DNA of 64,000 nucleotides from NCBI RefSeq assembly GCF_009914755.1, contig NC_060940.1, one strand, 5' to 3'. The DNA is from the human T2T-CHM13v2.0 reference genome, Homo sapiens. Positions 16,695 to 30,739 of the stretch are shown piece after piece. Each line of letters starts with the position of its first letter. Positions within the stretch are counted from its first letter, which is position 1. Position numbers and translations under genes: made by a program. Under the pieces are notes generated by a model. It was not told where the DNA came from. It made no database searches and worked only from the letters and a program-made list of their open reading frames with translations.

Positions 16695-17552
16695 ATCTAA
16701 AGGTCCATCAGTAGGGGCCTGGTTAAATAAACTGTAGTAAATCCACCCAACAGGGGGCCATGGAGCCATAAAAGAGCCGAGGGAAATCTTTATGTATTGA
16801 TATGAAAGGATCTCCGAGATATATAAGGTGGAGAAAAACAGGGTATTGAGCAGGGTGTAATGCGTCCAGATACACAAGGGATTGCTGGTGTGCCTCAATA
16901 TCTCTGAAATGATACACAGGAACTGACCATTCTGGTAGCCTCTGGAGAAAGGAGTTGGGTTAGAAGGACAGGGGTAAGAGAGAGAGACTCACACTTTGCA
17001 ACCATTTGATCATATCACTGTATCAATCAACTACTGCTGTGAAATCAAAGACCATAGCACCTCAGGCTGGGCTCAGTGGGGCTTGAGTGTAAGGCACAGT
17101 CAGAGCCGGCTGGTCTGCTGGGTAGGTTCATGTGTCTCTGTCTTCTTGCTCCCTGGGGCATGGCGAGGGCCTAAGAGCAAAAGGCACATGCAGAACAAGC
17201 AATTTCTCTTGAGACCTACACTCAGATCTGGCATGCTGTCACTTCCACCAATGGCCAAAACAAGTTCCAAAGTTAGGACTGAGAAGCATGTTTTATCCCT
17301 AGTGGGAGGAACCTCAAAGGTACATGGCAAAGGGTAGGTATATAAGAAGGGAAGAAGAATTGGGGCCACTAATTAAATACACCAAAGGTACTCCATACAT
17401 ATATTATCTGTCTGGAGATAGATATTATTCAGATGTAAAAAGAGAATACATAGACAAACGCATATACACATGCTCACATTAATACCTAATGAGAAGGAAC
17501 CAATGGGGTGGGAGTGGGGAGAGACTGAACATGCCCAGGAAGAGATCATCAG

Positions 17553-17852
<300 letters not shown>

Positions 17853-18236
17853 TCATCAGGAGCAGAGCCCTTGGGTGGGGGCTGCAGAAGGGGTTGGAGC
17901 TATAGCCAGGTAGGTTTGGAACAGGTCGAAAGACACTTCTTCTACCATGAGAGGAAGAAAGGATGAAAGTACGGGTACAGGCTCATGCAACACATCCTCC
18001 ATGCAGCAGCCAGAGTGGCCTCTTAAAAGTATGAAATAGATCATGTGGCTTTCCTGTTCAAAATGCTCCAGTGGCTTCCCACTGCACTTAGAGAAAACCT
18101 AAAGTCCTTATCACGGCTTTCAAGGCCCAACGTGGTCTCCCCACCTTCTCCAGTGCTTCCTCCCCCATCCTTCCTCTCACTGCTGTGCTCCAGGCACACT
18201 GGCCTCCTTGGTTCCAGCCTCAGAGTCTTCACCCGC

Positions 18237-18598
18237 TGATATGGTTTGGCTGTATCCCCACTCAAATATCATCTTGAATTGTAGCTCCCACAATCCCCCA
18301 TGTTGTGGGAGGGACCCGGTGGGAGGTAATTGAATCATGGGGGGCTGGCTTTCCCATGCTGTTCTCCTGATAGTGAATAAGTCTCATGAAATCTGATGGT
18401 TTTATTAAGGGAAGATGCCCTGCACACGCTCTCTTGCCTGCCGCCATGTAAGACATGGCTTTGCTCCTCCTTTGTCTTCCACCATGATTGTGAGGCCTTC
18501 CCAGCCATGTGGAACTGTGAGTCCATTAAACCTCTTTCCTTTATAAATTACCCAGTCTCGAGTATTTCTTCACAGCAGTTTGAAAATGGACGAATACA
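18237..18598 (+). mobile_element. THE1 solo LTR (THE1D-like)
   Basis: TGATATGGTTTGGCTG...AAATGGACGAATACA. Confidence 0.93.
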
Positions 18599-18822
18599 CC
18601 CTTGCTGCTTTGTCACTTAGAATATGCTTCTCCTGGTGCTTCACAGGACTGGCCTTTGTGTGCTGTTCAGGTCCCACCTGAATAGTATATCCTGCTAACT
18701 AACCTGCCCAAGCATGGCCTCCATCACCCCTGCCCCAGGCACTCTGTATCCTATGTTTCTGTCCTGCTATCTTTCCAGCACTTATCCCTGCCTGAACCAC
18801 CATGTTAATTAGTTCACTTGTT

Positions 18823-19082
18823 GTTGCTGTTGTTGTTGTTGAGATGGACGGGTCTCACTGCATTGCCCAGGCTGATCTCAAACTCCTGGCCTCAAGAGAT
18901 CCTCCTGCCTCAGCCTCCTGAGTAGCTGGGACTACAGGCACATACCACCACACCCAGCTAATTTTTTTTTTTTTTTTTGGAGAGATGAGATCTCACTATC
19001 TTGCCCAGGAGGGTCTCAAACTCCTGGCCTCAAACAATCCTCCTGCTTCAGCCTCCCAAAGCATTGGGATTACACTCATGAG
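18823..19082 (-). mobile_element. Alu-family dimer made of two left-arm-type monomers
   Basis: Both halves carry the left-arm CTCAAACTCCTGGCCTCAA segment; one TSD pair TAGTTCAC(T/C)TGTT. Confidence 0.8.
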
Positions 19083-19346
19083 TAGTTCACCTGTTTATTA
19101 CGTCTTCCCCATTCAAATGCAAGGTCCATGGGGACAAGGACCTTGTATTTCCCGTTTACCACTGAACATTGGCATCTAACGCAGTGCCTGGCTCATAGTA
19201 CAAGCTCAATTAAAATACATATGTGTGTATGTATGTATATGTATATATAAATGAATGAAAAGGGACAGGCAATTGACTTTTCTTCTAGTCATTTATATTA
19301 TCTCTGCAAACTAGGAGATAAGATCATTTGCTAAGAGGGAAGGAGG

Positions 19347-19640
19347 AGTCCAGTGTGCTGGCTCATGCCTGTAATCCCAGCACTTTGGGAGGCTGAGGCA
19401 GGCAGGTCATTTGAGTTCAGGAGTTCAAGACCAGCATGGCCAGCATGGTGAAACCCCATCTCTACCAAAAATACAAAAATTAGCCTAGGGTGGTGGTGCG
19501 TGCCTGTGATCCCAGCTACCTAGGAGGCTGAGGCATGGGAATCACTTGAACATGGGAGATGAAGGTTGCAGTGAGCCTAGACTACACCACTGCACTCCAG
19601 CCTGGGCAACAGAGCAAGACTCTGTCTCAAAAAAAAAAAA
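19347..19640 (+). mobile_element. Alu
   Basis: Dimeric Alu; TSD about AAGAGGG(G)AAGGAGGAG. Confidence 0.96.
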
Positions 19641-19878
19641 AGAGGGAAGGAGGAGACGATGGGTAGGAGTTGAGGAAGGAAGTGACATCTGCTATAGGCA
19701 ATAGCAATGTAAAGGTTAGGGGTTTCTAGAAAACACTGAGGTACAACAGAGGTTGGAGACTGTGAAACGGTAGCAGGTGCCCATCTAAGAGCTTTGGTGG
19801 GATTTTTCCCTGGCTGCCTGTACAGTGGCAAATAACAGGGCAAGTTGGAGGTCGTGGTTAGGGTTTTCCAGGAGGGTA

Positions 19879-20285
19879 TGTGGTAGACTGGTTGCTGTAA
19901 TGGCCCCACTTATTCCTGCCTCTCTTTATCCATGCCCTTCGGCAATGTCCCCCAACCCGAATTGAGGATTAACCATTGGACTTTGTTTGACCAATGGGAC
20001 TAAAGAAAACTTGACACAGGCTGAGGCTTTAAAACGTGCTTGTGCACTTCTCCTTCCTCTCTCACTGCATTGATTCTGCCACAAGAACATGTTCAGGCAA
20101 GCTAAGGCCACCAGCTGGTGGCAGAAGCATGATCAAATCCAGGAGAGATAAGCCCAGCCAGCCTAGCCCAGCCAGAACTACAACTGACCCTCAGATTCAT
20201 ACACAAGCCTAAGTGGTTATTTTAAGTCACTAACTTTGGGGTAATTTGTCACACAGCATTAATAGGACAATAGATGACTGATACA
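19879..20285 (+). mobile_element. MLT1 LTR (MLT1G/H-like)
   Basis: TGTGGTAGAC...AATGGCCCC start; TTTTAAGTCACTAACTTTGGGGTAATTTG...GATGACTGATACA end. Confidence 0.7.
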
Positions 20286-20560
20286 GGGGACAAGATAAAA
20301 ACAAGGAGGTAAAGAGAGAGCATTGATGAGTGAGTAGGCAACACTAAGCAATTCTCTTTCTACCACATTACACAAAAAAGGTCACCCAAAGCATGAGAAA
20401 AGATTCACCCCAGATGTCCTAGGCTGGTGGAAAATGAAGAATATTGGGCTTGGCTCTGGCAGCTTTCCCCAAATCCCCAGGTGTGAGGCTGGCTGGGAGA
20501 ACAGTTCCTAACGTCTCTGGAGAATGTGACACATGAGGAGATTTTGGACACTATCCCACC

Positions 20561-21013
20561 TGTGATGGTTAATAATGAGTGTCAACCTGAGTGGATTGAA
20601 GGATGCAAGTACTGATCCTGGGTGTGTCTGTGAGGATGTTGCCAAAGGAGACTAACATTTGAGTCAGTGGGCTGGGAAAGGCAGACCCACCCTTAATCTG
20701 GATGGGCACCATCTAATCAGCTGCCAGTGCAGCTAGAATATAAAACAGGCAGAAAAACATGAAAAGACTGGACTGGCTTAGCCTCCCAGCCTACATCTTT
20801 CTCCTGTGCTGGATGCTTCCTGCTCTCGAACATGGGACTCCAAGTTCTTCAGCTTTGGAACTCGGACTGGCTTCCTTGCTCCTCAGCTCGCAGACAGCCT
20901 ACTGTAGGACCTTATGATCATGTGAGTTAATACTATGTAATAAACTCCTATATATATGTGTGTATGTATATATCCTATTGGTTCTGCCCCTCTAGAGAAC
21001 CCTGACTAATACA
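20561..21013 (+). mobile_element. ERVL solo LTR, MLT2A (MLT2A2-like)
   Basis: TGTGATGGTTAAT...CTCTAGAGAACCCTGACTAATACA; TSD CC(A/G)CC. Confidence 0.92.
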
Positions 21014-21019
21014 CCGCCT

Positions 21020-21190
21020 AATCCTGACAGCAGCCCCAGGAAGTAGATGTCCCCATTTTACAGGTGGGAAAACTGAGGCTCAAGAGAGAGTGGTACTTCC
21101 TGGAGTCACACAGTTGGTGAGAGGGAGGCAGGGGTTAGTCAGTCTAGGTCAGTCTGATTGCAAAGCCTATGCTGCTTGCACCATAGCACA
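21020..21190 (-). mobile_element. MIR
   Basis: CCCATTTTACAGGTGGGAAAACTGAGGCTCA core. Confidence 0.8.
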
Positions 21191-21544
21191 CAGCCTCCTG
21201 AGAGAGGGTGTCCATGGGGAAGGTGACCCCCAGCCCTGTCCCCCTCACCATGCCACCTCCCGGGACTCAGCTCCATCCTTCCATGCTCTAACTGGCCTGC
21301 TGAGCATTCAGCCTGTTAGACCATCCTTCTTTGTTTAAAAACGCTTGAATGAAAGGAAACTTGGCAATTACCTCTGCACACAGCTTTAAGTGCACATATT
21401 GGACAATCTTTGCAGATTTCATTGTCTATAAAATTACTCTGTATGCAATTCCCATATGGATCTTCAGCGCCTTGCACCCTGCAGGCTTCTTAGCTGGTTC
21501 CCACTCCCAGGCTGCAGTACAGCTCCTGAATGGGTGTCACACAC

Positions 21545-21720
21545 TCTGGAGCCAGCCGGGTTCAATACAAAGCTGGGCTACCTGCCATATGTGTGGTTTC
21601 AGTAGCAGACAAATCATCCTAGGCCTCAGTTTCCTCATCTGTAAAGGGGCATAATCACAGTAACTTGTCAGGAGGCTGGGAAAATTCAATGAAATAATGC
21701 AGATAAAGTGCTCAGTGCTG
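21545..21720 (+). mobile_element. MIR
   Basis: GCCTCAGTTTCCTCATCTGTAAA core. Confidence 0.8.
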
Positions 21721-21916
21721 TGCCCCCCCCCCCCCCCCACACACACACACAGTGTGGTAGCTAACTTTTGAGATCTTAACCCATATTCTTCCCCCTCCAT
21801 TTTCTGGAACGCTTAGTCTCCCCGCTATCCCTCCAGCCCTGCCATGCAGTCATGCACCTATGGATTCAGGACAGGTGACTGAGAAGAAGAAATGTCATTC
21901 AAGAAACAAGGCTTTT

Positions 21917-22307
<391 letters not shown>

Positions 22308-22369
22308 TTATGCCATAAGGAATAGATTGAAAAAAGAATAGATGAAGATCCAATGCCTCAGCTAGAAAC

Positions 22370-22830
22370 CATCCTCCTGCAGGGAGGAGAAAACCCAACT
22401 TTAGCTAAGACAATAAAAGAAATTAATTGGTTCCCATGACTGACAGGGCCGTGGGAGAGCAGCTTTAGAGGTGTTGACTCGGGAGCTCAACAATGTCACC
22501 CAATCTCCTCCCAGCTTTCAACAGAGGCTGCTCCAAACCAAGACTGGATCCCCTTATGGAGACAAGATGGCTGCCAGAGGTTTCCAGGGTTGTCCTCAAA
22601 TAGGAGGTGGAGTCTGGAGATAGCTCCTCCCAAAAACTGCAGCCAGCATCATCTCTCGTCTCATCGGCTCAAACTGGGTCACATGCCCATCTCTGAACCA
22701 ATCATGGGTCACATGCCCATCACTGAACCAATCAGTGGAGGAATGAGTTGGACTAATTGGGTAAATCCAATAAGGTCTCATTCCTGGGGATGTGGGTCGC
22801 TCCCCACCAATTGCTGAGGGTTGCCGTGGG
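22370..22830 (-). mobile_element. Old MLT1-like LTR fragment with an internal 30-bp tandem duplication
   Basis: GGGTCACATGCCCATC(T/A)CTGAACCAATCA occurs twice at about 22676-22735; CAAGATGGCTGCCAG motif. Confidence 0.5.
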
Positions 22831-23144
22831 TAGAGAGGGCTTCTTAACTGATGTATTCAAAGTACGAAGTTTATGCCACAATGAATAGACTGGAAAAAGA
22901 ATAAGCAAAAGGCTTCCTAAAAGTTGTCTTGCCCCATACTGAATTACTCCTTTCTAAACAATTTTTATGGGACACACTTCATTCATTCAATAATTATTTT
23001 TTGAGCAGCCGCTGGGAGGATCTCACAATCAAAGCAGCTACGAAATATGTCATCGTCTCTTTTAGAATATGACATCCAGAAAGTGGCATCGCTCTCTAAA
23101 AAGGTCCGGGCAACACAGAGTATGAGAGGGCTGTCACCTCCAGT

Positions 23145-23380
23145 AATGATAAGAGCTAACATTTATGAAGAAGTTACTATCTGCCAGGTACTGTGTTAAG
23201 CATTTAACTCTTTTAACCTCATAATAGCCCTATGAAAGTAAGTTCTATTATTAACCCCATTTTACAGATGATGAAACAGAGGAAAAGAGAGTAGAAGTAA
23301 CTTGCCCAAGATCACACAACTATTTAACAGCAGATGAGGATTTGAATCCAGGAAAGCTAGCTCAAGTTTGCATACTATAT
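23145..23380 (-). mobile_element. MIR
   Basis: CCCCATTTTACAGATG...AAGTAACTTGCCCAAGATCACACA. Confidence 0.85.
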
Positions 23381-24155
23381 GGTCTCTCCTTCTATGGTAC
23401 CATGGCAATTCACATGAGACTTTTGACGGGGATATTCACTCATTCACTTGGCAAACATTTATTGACTATGATATGCCAAGCAATCCCTAAGCCATTTAAA
23501 ATGTATTCATTCATTCGTTTCTTCAACAAGTGTTTTTCGAATGCCTACTTTGTATCAAGCACTGTACTTCGTGCCAGGGGACAGAGTGGTGGGCAATCCT
23601 GACACAGCTCCCAACTTCATGAAGGGTGCAGCCTTTGATCCCTGGTGAATTGTATTAAGACATATCTGTGAAAAACTCCGGGCTGTCATGCACTTTGTAC
23701 AGTGTGCACACTGCACAATGCACCCAACAGATGGTGTGAGGGAAGGCTGAAATCCACCACCTCAGTCTCCTTATCAAATCCTATGCTCTGACGCTGAGCT
23801 GAATCTGTCCAAAAAGATGTCTTCTTCTATGGCAAAGTTGTGTCAGTGCAAGCAGTGTCCATCCAACCAGCAAAGGGTGCTTTCTCTAATTTACGCAAAG
23901 CCACCATACTGGAAAATCTATGACCCTGTGAAAGCTGCTTCCACTCCCACCTCCAACTTACAAGTCAAGGTTCTGGTTTGGTTGGTTGGTTAGTCTTTGG
24001 AAGACCTGCTGCTAAACAATGCCTCTTGATTCCATTGTCAGGTCATTGGAGAATTTTTTATTTGAGCCCAAGAATTACACCTGCTGCGTCTTAGCTCCAA
24101 TGAGCCGGTGCTCTTGCAGACTGCTGGATGGTAAACGCTTCTTCATGAGGGTTTG

Positions 24156-24523
24156 TGATATGGTTTGGCTGTGTCCCCACTCAAATCTCATCTTGATTGT
24201 AGCTCCCATAATGCCCATGTGATGTGGCAGGAACCCGGTGGGATAGGAGATAATTGAATCATGGGGGCGGTTTTCTCCATACCGTTCTCCCAGTAGTGAA
24301 TAAGTCTCACGAGATCTGATGGTTTTATAAGGGGACACCCCTTTCCCTTCGTTCCCTTTTTCTCTCTTGTCTGCTGCCATGTAAGATGTGCCTTTTGCCT
24401 TCCACCATGATTGTGAGGCCTCCCCAGCCACGTGGAACTGTGAGTCCATTAAACCTCTTTTTCTTTATAAATTACCCAGTCTCCGGTGTGTCTTTATCAG
24501 CAGCGTGAAAAAGGACTAATATA
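24156..24523 (+). mobile_element. THE1 solo LTR (THE1C-like)
   Basis: THE1 consensus; perfect TSD GTTTG. Confidence 0.95.
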
Positions 24524-24679
24524 GTTTGCATCTGAAGATGTTCACCACTCCCCCAGGAACCTCAGGAAGAACCAGAAGCACTGGAGTCCTCAGAGGGAAG
24601 AAACTTCCCAGTTAATAGAGTCAAGGGCCAACCAACTAAATCCAAGTTCTGGCTATATCCATCCCAATCTCAAGTAGAG

Positions 24680-25217
24680 TTATTGCAGCAGAGACCCAGA
24701 ATAGAAGCTGGATGCAAACCCTGCCCGGGGATGTGTGGCAAATGCTGTCAACCTGCCATTTGTATCTCCTCTGCCCTCTTTGCCATTGCTATGCACACTG
24801 GCTCCCAATGTGCTCTCAACCCAACAGCCAGCACCTGCACCTCTTTGCTGGTGGGGGCCTGCCTTCAGGCTGCTGGAACCCCATTTGCCTGTGCACACAA
24901 AGAGCCAGAAGTGGCCAGGAAGCCACGCGAAATCCCTTAACCAATGGGTGCAGGGGAATCAATAGACTGGCTGCCTTTCCCCGGGGCTGGGACAATGAGG
25001 AGGTGTCACGTGCACTGTCGCTGGGGCTTCCCTTGGGACTGAGCCCAAGCTTGGCTCCGTGGAGCCTCACTTGATACCATACCCTGGCAGAGCCTCCTGT
25101 TTCCCTTCTCTTTCTCAGTTCCTCACTCCTCTTTTGATTTTCCCTGGAAACGCTTCCTAATAAAAATCTGACACATGAAATTTCCTCTAAGGGTCTGATT
25201 CAGGGGAATCAAATCTA
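24680..25217 (+). mobile_element. ERVL LTR (LTR16-like)
   Basis: CCCTTAACCAATGGG...CTTCCTAATAAA...AGGGTCTGATTCAGGGGAATC. Confidence 0.55.
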
Positions 25218-25430
25218 GAATGGGAACCAAAGGGAGTTGGCCTGGTCATGCATACTGAGTGTCCCTCTCCCCAGCTCCTTTCTAAGCCTCCTCCATAATT
25301 TCAGGAGACATATGCCAAGCACGACTTGGGGCTGGGCTTGGGCCATTGAACTCAATCCATTGGCTCCCTCTGGAATCAATTGCTCACATTTTTTTTTCCA
25401 GACCTCCATGAGCAATTATTTGCAAAGTCC

Positions 25431-25534
25431 TCTCTCCCTCTCTCACTCCTTCTTTCCCTCTCTCTCCCTCTCTCACTCCTTCTTTCCCTCTCTCTCCCTC
25501 TCTCACTCCTTCTTTCCCTCTCTCTCCCTCTCTC
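25431..25534 (+). repeat. 30-bp polypyrimidine minisatellite, about 3.5 copies
   Basis: TCTCTCCCTCTCTCACTCCTTCTTTCCCTC repeated perfectly three times plus a partial copy. Confidence 0.97.
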
Positions 25535-25579
25535 CCTGGTTAAACTTGGATAATGGTGTTCAAGGACTCCCTGGGATGT

Positions 25580-25925
25580 TTCTCTAACTGACAGGTTTAT
25601 GGAGCAATAGCTGCTGATGTTATATGTGTCCTCAGATAGGCAGGTCTTTTTATACTGTGTGTGTCCCCATAAAAATGATTGGTTTTAAGTTGTTATTCTA
25701 ATATTGCTGTGATTGTAACATTGGAGCCGACAGTCTCCAAAGGAGATGGATATCGAAGTCTGATAAATAGGAGCAGGGCAGTTCCATCGGTCCGTGAGGC
25801 AGGAGGACCAGGCTGGTGGGCTGCCACCCGCCAGCAGGTAGGGGCTTAACGCCCGTTGTTTTTATGTTATTATAAAGATAAAAATTAATAAGTGATAGCA
25901 TCATAAATAATCAAAACTGCTTCCT
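25580..25925. promoter_or_regulatory. Candidate developmental enhancer (MEIS/HOX/GATA motifs)
   Basis: Repeat-free; TGACAGGTTTATGG, CCCATAAAA, TGATAA, AGATAA, TCATAAA. Confidence 0.4.
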
Positions 25926-25989
25926 AGGCTAGATAAAACCAAAGGCAGCTCACTGTGGCCTGAGATGAAGGGAGTTGACAGAGCCCAGA

Positions 25990-26500
25990 GGAATGCAGAT
26001 AGAAAAACATGGAGACAAAGAGAGGGAGAGGCAGAGAGGGATGCATGGGTGTGGGGATCAATAGGTATAAAAGAGACAGGGAGACAGGGACATGTGCCAG
26101 GCAGACAGGTGCAGGGGAAATGAGAGAGAGGCAGAGACAGGCACGCCGGCAAAGCCCAAGACAGACACACACAGAGACAGAGGCCCACAAACACGCAGAG
26201 CTGGAGACCCAGGCAGATGTGGAGAGGAGGAACAGATGAGATGTCACAGATGAGACTGAGACAGAGACACAGGAGGAAATAATGAGAGAAGCACAAAAGA
26301 GTGACTAGACTTGGCAGATATACAGACGGACAGAAGGACAGACTGACCGGAGGCAGGCAAACACAGGAACAGAGAGGACACAGTGAGAAAGGCCAACCAA
26401 AAGGCAGATATGGGCAGATGTGGAAAAGGAGGAGGAAGAGAGAAAACAGAATGGAAACTGAATCAGGCTGGCAGGCAGTGGGTAATGACCAACCCCGAAG
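25990..26500 (+). repeat. GA/CA-rich low-complexity tract
   Basis: Degenerate (GAGACA/GACA)n purine-rich sequence. Confidence 0.75.
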
Positions 26501-26696
26501 AGTTCGGTGGAAGAGTCGGAGCTCAGGAACTAGACGACCTGGTACCATCATGGTTTTGCCTCTGAGTGACGTCAGGTATGTTCTTCCTTAGCCTTTTTGA
26601 GCCTCAGTTTTCTCATCTGTAAAATGGGACAACACACAGACACAGCACCAACTCTGGCCCCTGGATGGTGGTCCCTAGCATCTTGGCATGCCTCTT

Positions 26697-27550
26697 GTGA
26701 TAGGAAGCCCCCGAGGTGGCCCCCAGTGACCCCCAGTACCTGGGGTTCATGCCCTCATGCAGCATCCTAAGTTGGGGCCAGAGGCAGTGACTGGCTTCTA
26801 ACCAATGTCGAATGTGGCAAGAGTGATGGGATGCCACTTCTGAGATTCCATTACAAGTGCCTGTGAGTTCCATCTTTCTAGCAGTTTCTGTCTCCGGAGC
26901 TCTTGGGAAGAGGAAGTTGCTGTGCTGTGGGATATCCCATGGAGAGACTGGGGGAAAAGCAAAGCTGTCCCCAGCCAACTGCCATTGAGGACCTGGGTCC
27001 TGCCAACCAACAGCCATGTGAGCAACCTCGTGGTGACAGCAGCCCAGGATGACACCTTGATTGCAGCTTCAGGAGAGACCCTCAGCCAGAGGACCCCCAA
27101 TTCCTGACCCAGACTAAGTTAGTATTTGTTGATTTAAGCCTCTGTTTCAGGATAATTCATTATACAGCAATTAATACCTGATACAGATTGTGGTGCCCAG
27201 AAGAGAGGTATGGCCATAACAAAAATGTAAAAATGCTAGTGTGCCCTTGGAAGGAGGCAGAAGCAGGGGCTGGAAGGACACGAGGGAGTGTATTGCAGAG
27301 ACACTAACCTGCCTTGGACAGGCTGTTATTACAATCTGGACTGTGAGGACACTGAAGGTGAGGGTTCAAGAGGAAACAAGGAACATGTTATTGAGAAAGG
27401 GGGTCTCTCGTCAGTGACAAAAAGTTCTGCAACCCTCCTGTCTTCAGGAACTTGGAAAGCAGGAAATGCACCCAAGGAACTGGGCCATAAATAAACTGTT
27501 GGAAGGTGACCCCGGCTTCCCATTGCTGCTCATAGGAAAATGCAAAAGGA
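26697..27550 (+). mobile_element. MLT1 LTR (MLT1F/G-like, to about 27185) with adjoining MLT1 internal sequence
   Basis: LTR ends CAGCAATTAATACCTGATACA, followed by GATTGTGGTGCCCAGAAG...GCCATAACAAAA typical of a MaLR internal start. Confidence 0.7.
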
Positions 27551-27554
27551 GACT

Positions 27555-27860
<306 letters not shown>

Positions 27861-27914
27861 AATAAAATACAAGAGGGCCTGAGTGGTCTTCTTTTGCATG
27901 ATGCACCTACAATC

Positions 27915-28110
27915 TGTATTCATTTCCTATTGCCCTTGTAACGAATCACCACAAACTTAGTAGCTTAAAACAATGCAAATATATTATCTGTCAGTTCTGG
28001 AGCCCGGAAGTCTAATGTGGGTCTCACTAAGCTAACATCAAAGTATCCACAGGACTGTGTTCCTTCTGGAGGCTCTGAAGGGAGCACCTGCCCCTTCCAT
28101 TGCATTGCCT
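27915..28110 (-). mobile_element. MLT1 LTR fragment (MLT1C/D-like)
   Basis: TGTATTCATTTCCTATTG...CACAAACTTAGTAGCTTAAAACAA. Confidence 0.75.
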
Positions 28111-28163
28111 GTATTTCACTGGCCAAAACACACCCATACCCAGCCTGACATCAAGGGAATATT

Positions 28164-28460
28164 TTCTTTTCTTTTTTTTTTTTTTTTTTTTTTTGAGTGG
28201 AGTTTTGCTCTTGTCGCCCAGACTGGAGTGCAATGCCGCCATCTCAGCTGACCGCAACCTCCACCTCCCAGGTTCAAGCAATTCTCCTGCCTCTGGGATT
28301 ACAGGCGTGCATCACCACATCCAACTAATTTTGTATTTTTAGTAGAGACAGGGTTTCACCATGTTGGCCAGGCTGGTCTAGAACTCCTGACCTCAGCTAA
28401 TCCATCCACCTCGGCCTCTTAAAGTGCTGGGATTACAGGCGTGAGCTACCACACCCGGCC
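28164..28460 (-). mobile_element. Alu (AluS-like)
   Basis: Reverse Alu; TSD GAATATTTTCTT. Confidence 0.96.
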
Positions 28461-28599
28461 TGAATATTTTCTTAACAACTCTAATGCACCCCAGTCCCCC
28501 GAGTGCTCCTCAATCCTTAGCTACTCTCTCCCACTCCTCAGGCTAGGCCCCTACCCCAGGAAGTCCCTTCCTGAAGCAGCCATTCACCTCCTGCTCAAT

Positions 28600-28830
28600 G
28601 GTAATAAAAGTTAACACTTGTTAAGCATTTACCAGTTGTTAAGTGATTTAAATAAATTACTTCCTTTAATCCTCATAACAATTCTAGGACAATAGCTTTT
28701 CTCCATATTACAGATGAGGAAACTGAAATTCAGAGAGGCGACATGATTTACCCAAGATAACACACAGGTAGTATCAGAGCCAGGATTGGAACCCAGAAAC
28801 GCGGACTCTAGGGTCTGGGATATTAACCAG
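28600..28830 (-). mobile_element. MIR
   Basis: ACAGATGAGGAAACTGA core. Confidence 0.85.
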
Positions 28831-28885
28831 TCACACTCTTCTGCTTCCCCTGATCTGATGCACAATTTTAGGACACAGGATTGGC

Positions 28886-29811
<926 letters not shown>

Positions 29812-29902
29812 CTACCTCCAAGGATCCAGGGTCCACAACATTCTACAGTGGGCATTTGGGAAGACGCATGGGTTTTATTTTGCTGGGTAAGCACAGGCAA
29901 AT

Positions 29903-30455
29903 TGAAACTGCCTTTGCAAAATTAAGACTGAGACAGTGAAAGAGATTTAACTTAATCGACTCCAACTTGCTTCTAACCTCCAAGCTGTCCTTGTTCACTC
30001 CTGGGCGTAGGCCGAACTAACTTTGGGAGAAACTTAGCTTATAGTTCATAGTTTAAAACAAAGATGATAATAGTCCTTTCCCAAAGCAGATCTCTTTCTT
30101 GCCTGGGGGCTACACTGCCTCTGTAGGACTAACATTAGCCACAAGATTAGAAATTATGGTTTCGGAGTCATGCAGCTGGAGGCTATAAGATTCTGACCCT
30201 CCCTAAGCTGCCCCTAAGACCAGTGCTTGAGGTATTTTGCAGGCCCTGCACTTGATGGATCAGCCGGCACCACCCAGATAGATAAACTGGTTCATCTGAT
30301 CTTGTGGCCCCCACCCAGGAACTGACTCAGCGCAAGAAGACAGCTCTGACTCCCAGTGATTTCATCGCTGACCAATCAGCACTCCCGGCTCACCGGCTTT
30401 CTCCCACCCACCAAGTTGTCCTTAAAAACTCTGCTCCCCGAATGCTCAGGGAGAC
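29903..30455 (+). mobile_element. LTR8 (ERV1), 3'-truncated
   Basis: TGAAACTGCCTTTGCAAAATTAAGACTGAGACAGTGAAAGAGAT start; stops at CTCAGGGAGAC and abuts a MIR. Confidence 0.88.
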
Positions 30456-30739
30456 AAAATTACTTCCCATCTCTGCTCCTGGGTTTCCTCATCTGCGAAA
30501 TGGGGATATGAATATATGAATATACGAATGCTATTCCTTATACAAATGTTATGAAGATTCAAGGTAATGTATCCTACTACACAGCTGACACAGGGCAAGC
30601 GCTCAACAGTGAGTAACTTGTGTTCCTAAAAATAGTGGCCCACAGTGAGTATGCAAGAATGAGGCAAAGCTTCTTTCCAGGATCACCACGTGTGTCCACT
30701 GCACTTCACCCTCTCCACCGCACCACCTCTCCAAAAAAA

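Larger units (their letters stand above)
18000..19215 (+). mobile_element. L2 fragments hosting THE1 and Alu insertions
   Basis: L2 motifs (CTCCAGTGGCTTCCCACTGCACTTAG; GCAGTGCCTGGCTCATAGTA). Confidence 0.65.

Noticed and set aside
23660-23930. Possible hAT/Tip100-type MITE relic
   Set aside because: The ends resemble such elements, but I cannot assign the family or boundaries reliably, so it is not listed as a feature.
25431-25534. 30-bp repeats as a CRISPR-like array
   Set aside because: The repeats are head-to-tail with no spacers, there are no cas genes, and the context is eukaryotic.
25901-26551. Longest ORF (216 aa, Cys/Leu/Ser-rich)
   Set aside because: It is open only because the minus strand is a CT/GT low-complexity tract poor in stop codons.
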